NCBI GenBank assembly: GCA_046350755.1
Contig: JAXLZV010000001.1
Span: 160,216-224,215, forward strand
Length of the DNA stretch: 64,000 bases
Source: Candidatus Saccharimonadota bacterium
GTDB lineage: Bacteria > Patescibacteriota > Saccharimonadia > CAILAD01 > GCA-016700035
Reading direction: 5' to 3'
Positions 59,375 to 64,000 of the stretch are shown here, piece after piece (position 1 is the stretch's first letter; every line of letters starts with the position of its first letter). Under the pieces are notes generated by a model. It was not told the origin of the DNA, made no database searches, and saw only the letters and a program-made list of their open reading frames with translations. Made by a program: the position numbers and the translations under genes.

Positions 59375-60397
59375 TTATGAGAAACTTTGCTGACTAAGCT
59401 TAATCATCTTGCGGTAATACGCATATGGGTAATTCAGCTTTCCGAAGCCTGGCAGTCCATGCTTTAACAGCAGATAACGCACCTGAGCGGGTGAGAGTAC
59501 ACGTACTTCCGCTAGTTCAGCAGGCTGAATCACAAAGTTTGGTGTACTATCGAGGTGAATGTGGTATGACCAAAGATGAGTTTTTGAGTAGCGACGGAAT
59601 TGTGGATGGGAGTGGTTCCAACGCCGCCGCTCGAGTAGCCGCATCGCATCAGTTTTGACCTCTATGCCGAGTTCTTCGGCTATTTCCCGCCGCATCGCCC
59701 GCTCCGGCGTCTCACCACCATCAACCGCTCCACCGACCGAAATGTCTAGTCGGCCTGGCGACAGAATAATTTGTGGTGAGCGTTTCTCCACGACAAAGCC
59801 AGCTGGAGTCGTAATGATGGCATGACAAGATCTGTGCCATAAGTCTGGATCCGCACTGGCCCATGATATTGGCAGCTGATAACCAAGCTCCCGGTCATCC
59901 CGATCTACGATATCAACCCAGCCCAACTGCGTGACCTCACGCACGAGCTCATCAACGCGCTGAGTAATCGTTCTGTATGTTCGCTCTGCAATATCGTCCT
60001 GCGCGCGGTGATCCGCGAGGTTGAGCCGATGCTTATGACCAAACTCATACCAATCATCGATATGCCAGCTTTTGGCTTTATGATGGTTAAACTCGAATCG
60101 TTTTTTCGCATCACGTAGAATGTCAGTTTGCATAAAAATAATAAGGTCCGGCCGAGATAGGCTCTCATGAGTGGTCTGAATCCTCACTGGCGACAGCCTG
60201 AGATCTAGCTTGTGATGCTGCGCGATGTGAGCAACCAGCGGTGAAATAGTGTGACGATGAGGGTAATGCTTGGAAGCTTCAATGCCACTGCACGAAAACT
60301 CAACGTTTTTCAGCTTGAGCGTCTGGGCGTAGAGTAAGGCCAAGCGACTGCGGTAGATATTCCCCCGACACACAAAATGAATATGTCTTTTTGTCAT
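59375..60397 (-). CDS. Fusion protein: low-molecular-weight phosphotyrosine phosphatase-like (arsenate-reductase fold) N-domain plus a Nudix hydrolase C-domain
   Basis: HFVCRGNIYRS is the CX5R(S/T) P-loop, and GGAVDGGETPERAMRREIAEELGI is the Nudix box. The start is taken at MTKRHIHFV (60397). Confidence 0.65.
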   Translation of the reverse strand: MTKRHIHFVCRGNIYRSRLALLYAQTLKLKNVEFSCSGIEASKHYPHRHTISPLVAHIAQHHKLDLRLSPVRIQTTHESLSRPDLIIFMQTDILRDAKKRFEFNHHKAKSWHIDDWYEFGHKHRLNLADHRAQDDIAERTYRTITQRVDELVREVTQLGWVDIVDRDDRELGYQLPISWASADPDLWHRSCHAIITTPAGFVVEKRSPQIILSPGRLDISVGGAVDGGETPERAMRREIAEELGIEVKTDAMRLLERRRWNHSHPQFRRYSKTHLWSYHIHLDSTPNFVIQPAELAEVRVLSPAQVRYLLLKHGLPGFGKLNYPYAYYRKMIKLSQQSFS

Positions 60398-60466
60398 AAT
60401 ACTTATCCTTAGTATATCAGCCAGCAAATTTGCTTAGAACCTTAAGTAGAACAGGGTTTAAATATA

Positions 60467-60495
60467 TTGCTTTTTTATACCTTTTATGCTATAAT
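60467..60495 (+). promoter_or_regulatory. Sigma-70-type promoter upstream of the metallopeptidase leader
   Basis: TTGCTT, a 17-nt spacer and TATAAT (60490..60495). Confidence 0.45.
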
Positions 60496-60513
60496 ATGAG
60501 CCTCACCTTGAGA

Positions 60514-60640
60514 AGGCGGCTATCTGGTATCTCTCCTGGAATCAACTAGGAAACACTTATCTGATACTAATCTGTCCAACAGATAGCAGATAGCCGTCTT
60601 CACCTGAAGGCGCGTCCACTCTGGATCCGCCCTAGGAGGG
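60514..60640 (+). promoter_or_regulatory. Structured ~130-nt 5' leader with nested inverted repeats and five TATCTG/CAGATA hexamer copies; candidate riboregulator or MITE-like insert
   Basis: CGGCTATCTG (60517..60526) pairs with CAGATAGCCG (60587..60596), and GTATC pairs with GATAC inside it. CAGATAG is tandemly duplicated. A CACC segment can pair with the GGTG of the AGGAGGGTG RBS region. Confidence 0.35.
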
Positions 60641-60645
60641 TGAAA

Positions 60646-61662
60646 ATGAACCTGAACAAGAAGATGCTGAGTCGGCTCATGCTGGTTCTGATGCTGGCCC
60701 TCGGGCTGACATCGGCCGCCTGTGCCGCACCATCCCCTCCCACCTGGGAGAACCCAACCACGTGGGATTTCACGCTGCACGTCAGCGTGACTTCTGACAT
60801 GGTCACCAAGTACGGTGGCCTGACTGGCGTCCGCGCCAAGGTCGACCAACAGCTCGTCACCGTGAACCAGCACTACGCTGGCTTCGACAAGCCCATCCGT
60901 TGGATCGTCAAGGACCTGGTGGTCTACTCTGGATCCGCATTGACCCAAGCTCAGCTCGGGACAAATGGGGCCAACTACTCCCTCACCTACACCGAACAAC
61001 CGGTGCCCGAGAATGGTGGTTGGCGGCCATGGATCTACTCGATCATCATCAATTGGCTTCCGACCGACGGTGGTGTCTTCGGACAGTACGGTGCCTCCTC
61101 GCTGATCCACGAACTGGGTCACGCGCGAGGCGGTATCGACATGTATGGACTGCGAGTCGATGGGGTGAACAATCCCGTCAATGGTGCAGCCTATGTGCCA
61201 CCGGCCAGCTGGATGAATCTGTGGTACCTCCCCGAGCAGCAGCTCTGGGATCAGTACACCAGGAACATCGTCAACGCTTCGGCGACGACGGTGTACAATG
61301 ACGACCGAGTCGTCATGAACTCGCTGCCTGCAACCTATCGGGTCAAGGTGGTGAATTCCAGCGGCAACCTGGTTCCCAACGCGACAGTGTCGGTCTACCC
61401 GGTGGATTGGTTCGCCTACAAGGTGACGCCAACCGCCATCATGGCCGGTACCAGTGCTACGAACGGTCTCTGGACTCTCCCGTCCGACCCGTTCGGTCCA
61501 TCGCTGAGTGCTCCCAAGTGGCACCTCTGGCGCCCGCTCGTCTTGGTGACGGCTTCGGTCGGCACCCAGAAGGGCTACGCCTGGCTGTCACTGCCAGACG
61601 CCGGGAACGCGTACTTCGCGAACCCGACCGCACCCTTCCAGCTGACCGTCGTGGTTGGCTAA
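60646..61662 (+). CDS. Secreted (signal peptide, possible lipoprotein) zinc metallopeptidase with an HExxH motif and a C-terminal beta-rich domain
   Basis: An AGGAGG RBS lies 6 nt before the ATG at 60646. The signal peptide is MLSRLMLVLMLALGLTSAACAAP, the zinc motif is SLIHELGHARGG, and the C-terminus has Ig-like YRVKVVNSSGNLVPNATVSVYPV. Confidence 0.65.
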   Translation: MNLNKKMLSRLMLVLMLALGLTSAACAAPSPPTWENPTTWDFTLHVSVTSDMVTKYGGLTGVRAKVDQQLVTVNQHYAGFDKPIRWIVKDLVVYSGSALTQAQLGTNGANYSLTYTEQPVPENGGWRPWIYSIIINWLPTDGGVFGQYGASSLIHELGHARGGIDMYGLRVDGVNNPVNGAAYVPPASWMNLWYLPEQQLWDQYTRNIVNASATTVYNDDRVVMNSLPATYRVKVVNSSGNLVPNATVSVYPVDWFAYKVTPTAIMAGTSATNGLWTLPSDPFGPSLSAPKWHLWRPLVLVTASVGTQKGYAWLSLPDAGNAYFANPTAPFQLTVVVG

Positions 61663-61684
61663 GCTTCTGTCCTGTTTCATAAGG

Positions 61685-61720
61685 CCCCTGGGGCGCTTCG
61701 GCGCCCTTGGGGTCTTCTAC
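61685..61720 (+). terminator. Candidate terminator after the metallopeptidase gene
   Basis: GGGCGC-TTCG-GCGCCC (with flanking CCCCT/TGGGG extension) followed by TCTTCTACTTT. Confidence 0.45.
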
Positions 61721-61769
61721 TTTATACTCATGGCTGGTCAAGGTATAATCACTCGGTAGTAGGCAACTT

Positions 61770-61846
61770 GGGTAATTAGCTCAGCTGGTTAGAGCGCTGC
61801 ATTCACATTGCAGAGGTCACAGGTTCGAGTCCTGTATTACCCACCA
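61770..61846 (+). tRNA. tRNA-Val (anticodon CAC)
   Basis: GGGTAATTAGCTCAGCTGGTTAGAGC..., anticodon loop UUCACAU and a 3' ACCA. Upstream there is a TTTATA, a 17-nt spacer and TATAAT. Confidence 0.9.
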
Positions 61847-61847
61847 C

Positions 61848-61923
61848 GGGGCTATAGCTCAGCTGATAGAGCGCTGCATTCGCATTGCAGAGGTCGGGAG
61901 TTTGAATCTCCCTAGCTCCACCA
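61848..61923 (+). tRNA. tRNA-Ala (anticodon CGC)
   Basis: GGGGCTATAGCTCAGCTGATAGAGC..., a G3:U70 pair in the acceptor stem (GGGGCTA/TAGCTCC), anticodon loop UUCGCAU and a 3' ACCA. Confidence 0.9.
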
Positions 61924-61926
61924 CCG

Positions 61927-61955
61927 TTGAAATCTCGATTATTTCAGGTTATAAT
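61927..61955 (+). promoter_or_regulatory. Consensus sigma-70 promoter for tRNA-Val(TAC)
   Basis: TTGAAA (61927..61932), a 17-nt spacer and TATAAT (61950..61955), 10 nt before the tRNA 5' end. Confidence 0.5.
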
Positions 61956-61965
61956 ATGTCGACTT

Positions 61966-62042
61966 GGGTGATTAGCTCAGCTGGCTAGAGCATCTCGTTT
62001 ACACCGAGAGGGTCGGGGGTTCGAGTCCCTCATCACCCACCA
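61966..62042 (+). tRNA. tRNA-Val (anticodon TAC)
   Basis: GGGTGATTAGCTCAGCTGGCTAGAGC..., anticodon loop UUUACAC and a 3' ACCA. Confidence 0.9.
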
Positions 62043-62050
62043 TAAAAAGT

Positions 62051-62074
62051 GCCCCTTGCGGGGCTCTTTTTTTT
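62051..62074. terminator. Bidirectional terminator (tRNA cluster on plus; the 62073..62384 gene on minus)
   Basis: GCCCC-TTGC-GGGGC, with TTTTTTTT on plus and an A-run giving TTTTTAT on minus. Confidence 0.6.
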
Positions 62075-62384
62075 ACGATTTCTGCTGAGTATCTGGGTTT
62101 TCTGCTGGTGAAACAACTGGCGTTTGCCCCGTCTCATACCGCTCAGCCGCCGGCACTACCGGGACCTCCCCACTATCGGCTCGCGTCTGAAGATCCTGCA
62201 CGCGGGCTTCCTGACGGGCCTTCATCGCGACATCATCCTCCGCCTTAGCTTGTGCTAGTTCGGCCGGGGTTGCAGCCCTTTCGCCTAACATCATCTTCTT
62301 AAGTCGATCAGCTAGTCCGATGTGCTCTCGCTTATCTTTGAGCTGACCTTCTCCGTTGCCTGGCTGTGATTGTTCTGGGTTCAT
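62073..62384 (-). CDS. Small hypothetical hydrophilic protein
   Basis: A 103-aa ORF with plausible coding character and a charged, Ala/Glu-rich sequence; no motif recognised. Confidence 0.35.
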   Translation of the reverse strand: MNPEQSQPGNGEGQLKDKREHIGLADRLKKMMLGERAATPAELAQAKAEDDVAMKARQEARVQDLQTRADSGEVPVVPAAERYETGQTPVVSPAENPDTQQKS

Positions 62385-62441
62385 AGTAAGACTCTCCTTT
62401 TCTTCGAGAATAGTGTATCATAGTGGCGTTCCCGCTATCTC

Positions 62442-62526
62442 GGGCGAGTGGTGGAATTGGTATACACGACGGACTTAAAATCCGTTGCCGCAAGGCTTGT
62501 GGGTTCGAGTCCCACCTCGCCCACCA
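62442..62526 (+). tRNA. tRNA-Leu (anticodon TAA)
   Basis: Acceptor GGGCGAG/CTCGCCC, anticodon loop CUUAAAA, a long variable arm and a 3' ACCA. Confidence 0.9.
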
Positions 62527-62585
62527 TACTTATGAATATGCCCCAGACCTCGATGAGGCCTGGGGCATGGTCGTAAAGAAACGAG

Positions 62586-62885
62586 CTAGTCGCGCGGATC
62601 CATGGCAGCAACAGCGCCACCCGTGACAATGATTGTCCGGCGTGTCTCGACTCGGCTGAGCCGGTCTGTCAGCTCACCAACCAAGTCTTCAAGCTCGGCT
62701 ATGCGCCGATCCTTATGTCGATGCCGGACATTAGCGGCGTGCAGCTGCGACTGAACCTCGAGAAAACGAGTATGTCCTGCATCGAGACGCCGCTCAAGCT
62801 CAACGATTTGACGCTTGGCGCGCAATGCGCAGTCTTCATGACAACATGGTTGCTCGATTCCATTCTGGGGTTCTGAATGAGACAT
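62586..62885 (-). CDS. Small hypothetical coiled-coil protein
   Basis: A 99-aa ORF with heptad-like VELERRLDAGH...IAELEDLVGELTDRL. A stem-loop (62536..62566) lies downstream. Confidence 0.3.
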   Translation of the reverse strand: MSHSEPQNGIEQPCCHEDCALRAKRQIVELERRLDAGHTRFLEVQSQLHAANVRHRHKDRRIAELEDLVGELTDRLSRVETRRTIIVTGGAVAAMDPRD

Positions 62886-63020
62886 TTCTGCCTTTCACAT
62901 AAGGTACACGGACTCACCATAGTAGCGAATATCTTAGCTTTACTCAAGCCCAAACGAGTTGGGGCAATTGCAAAAAATCGTGGTACAGTCTAGACTTAAG
63001 CATAAGAAATATCCAGCAAC

Positions 63021-63638
63021 ATGTCACGTAAGAAAGCCAACCTCTCCATCACACACGCCCTCCAGCACGGCTGGGAAGCGACTTCGAAGTACATTGGCTT
63101 CTATATTACTTTCGTCCTCTTGATTGTGCTGTTTAGTCTCCTGCCGCCGGTATTTTCGTCTTTCTTTGACAACAGCATCTACACCCCGGTCATTCAAGGT
63201 ATCTTCATTGTCCTGATCGCGATGCTGACACTCGGAATCGTCCGCACAACTCTCCGCAGCATCGACAAAAAAGAAGAGCCGACCATCAAAGAGCTCTTTC
63301 GCATGCATATGTTCTTCCGCTACATGGGCGCCGCCCTACTGTATCTATTCATGTTTATCGGCGGACTCTTCCTGTTCATCGTGCCAGGCATCTACTGGGG
63401 ACTCAAGTATCAATTCGCCACATATCTAGTGATAGATAAAAAGCTGAGCATCATGGATTCATTTGAAGAATCGGCTAAACTTGTCGAAGGTTATGAATGG
63501 GATCTCTTCGGCTACTGGCTGGTGATGTTTCTCTTAAACCTCGTCGGTCTACTCTTCTTCGTAGTCGGGCTCGTGATCACCTTACCCGTGACATTAGCCG
63601 GCTACACTTACTTGTATCGCCAGCTTCGCAAGGCCTAA
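63021..63638 (+). CDS. Hypothetical polytopic membrane protein
   Basis: Five to six hydrophobic helices; ends at the bidirectional terminator. Confidence 0.5.
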   Translation: MSRKKANLSITHALQHGWEATSKYIGFYITFVLLIVLFSLLPPVFSSFFDNSIYTPVIQGIFIVLIAMLTLGIVRTTLRSIDKKEEPTIKELFRMHMFFRYMGAALLYLFMFIGGLFLFIVPGIYWGLKYQFATYLVIDKKLSIMDSFEESAKLVEGYEWDLFGYWLVMFLLNLVGLLFFVVGLVITLPVTLAGYTYLYRQLRKA

Positions 63639-63655
63639 TACTCCTAATCCCAATG

Positions 63656-63682
63656 AAAAAACACCCTATTTGGGTGCTTTTT
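63656..63682. terminator. Bidirectional terminator between the 63021..63638 gene and tRNA-Leu(GAG)
   Basis: AAAAAA-CACCC-TATTT-GGGTG-CTTTTT. Confidence 0.6.
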
Positions 63683-63685
63683 CAT

Positions 63686-63775
63686 TGGTGCGGACGAGAA
63701 GACTCGAACTTCCACGCCCTAAACGGGCACCAGCCCCTCAAGCTGGCGTGTCTACCAGTTCCACCACGTCCGCAC
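63686..63775 (-). tRNA. tRNA-Leu (anticodon GAG)
   Basis: The reverse complement gives acceptor GTGCGGA/TCCGCAC, anticodon loop UUGAGGG, a long variable arm, T-loop GGTTCGAGTC and a 3' ACCA. Confidence 0.88.
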
Positions 63776-63841
63776 GTAGTTAGCTGCTATGCGTCAATTC
63801 ACGCAAAACAGCGCTTATTCTATCAGAAAAGCCGGTACCTG

Positions 63842-64000
63842 TCAGCCCCACAGATTGATGTACGGTGTGACTACCAAGGCCAGGCCCATAGCAATCGCCA
63901 ACGGCACGAGCACAACCATATTGAAATAGTAATACACTTCTTTCGGCTCATTCCAGATCGTCTTCTGTGACTTTGGTAGCTTTTTCCAATCAGCTCGATA
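63842..64000 (-). CDS. 3' end of a membrane-protein gene that starts beyond the window end
   Basis: The reverse complement reads ...WKKLPKSQKTIWNEPKEVYYYFNMVVLVPLAIAMGLALVVTPYINLWG then stop (TGA at 63844..63842). It is below the ORF-track length cut-off. Confidence 0.3.
   Translation of the reverse strand, partial: YRADWKKLPKSQKTIWNEPKEVYYYFNMVVLVPLAIAMGLALVVTPYINLWG

Larger units (their letters stand above)
60450..61720. other. High-GC compositional island 3 (a single secreted metallopeptidase gene) just upstream of the tRNA-Val/Ala/Val cluster
   Basis: The coding region is GC-rich with GC3-rich codons, and a long stop-free antisense ORF (60520..61524) is consistent with high GC. It is flanked by AT-rich promoter and terminator segments. 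Confidence 0.55.

Noticed and set aside
60520-61524. 334-aa minus-strand ORF
   Set aside because: It is antisense to the GC-rich metallopeptidase gene, and long stop-free antisense frames are expected in high-GC DNA. It has no RBS or motif, and the plus-strand gene has an RBS, a signal peptide and an HExxH motif.
62536-62566. Possible terminator hairpin GCCCCAG-N-CTGGGGC after tRNA-Leu(TAA)
   Set aside because: A 7-bp stem is present but has no adjacent U-tract on either strand, so it is not called as an intrinsic terminator.
63497-63970. 157-aa plus-strand ORF
   Set aside because: It reads straight through the minus-strand tRNA-Leu(GAG) and a bidirectional terminator, so it is not coding.

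Overview
This 64 kb window reads as a chromosomal segment from a small-genome bacterium of roughly 50% GC by eye. TGA is used as a stop, including ATGA and GTGA start/stop overlaps. The backbone is minus-strand housekeeping operons: rpoB-rpoC and rpsL-rpsG, clpP-tig, recG, tyrS, a PBP1A, clpC-radA-PIN/TRAM (yacL-like), nusA, yraN-rnhB, pyrD-pyrC, rplS, dnaE, gatC-gatA-X-gatB, ligA and lemA-htpX. There is also an ABC-F protein, a Nudix/HTH regulator, a polyprenyl-phosphate sugar transferase, a bacterial topoisomerase IB, an LMW-PTP/Nudix fusion, and nine tRNA genes: Leu x3, Cys, Phe, Gly, Val x2 and Ala. I saw no rRNA, CRISPR array, transposase or integrase.

The main result of the hunt is three discrete blocks of clearly higher GC, about 60-65% by eye, each with AT-rich consensus promoters and terminators at its edges. 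Block one (~36.7-38.8 kb) has three tandem small paralogous Cys/His proteins plus a guanylate-kinase homolog. Block two (~42.5-45.9 kb) has an HTH protein, a 565-aa GHKL/Bergerat-fold ATPase of MORC/MutL type and an unknown protein, and is my best candidate for an undescribed defence or DNA-surveillance cassette. Block three (~60.5-61.7 kb) has a secreted HExxH metallopeptidase behind a structured repeat-rich 5' leader, next to a tRNA cluster. The pyrC/pyrD nucleotide-biosynthesis genes also look GC-elevated.

Other oddities: a membrane-anchored ClpB-like ATPase with a degenerate D1 Walker B that is translationally coupled to a small membrane protein, a membrane-protein gene inserted inside gatCAB, and an rplS with a long acidic tail. 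All calls come from reading the sequence and the supplied ORF translations. No searches or computations were run, and the GC statements are visual estimates.
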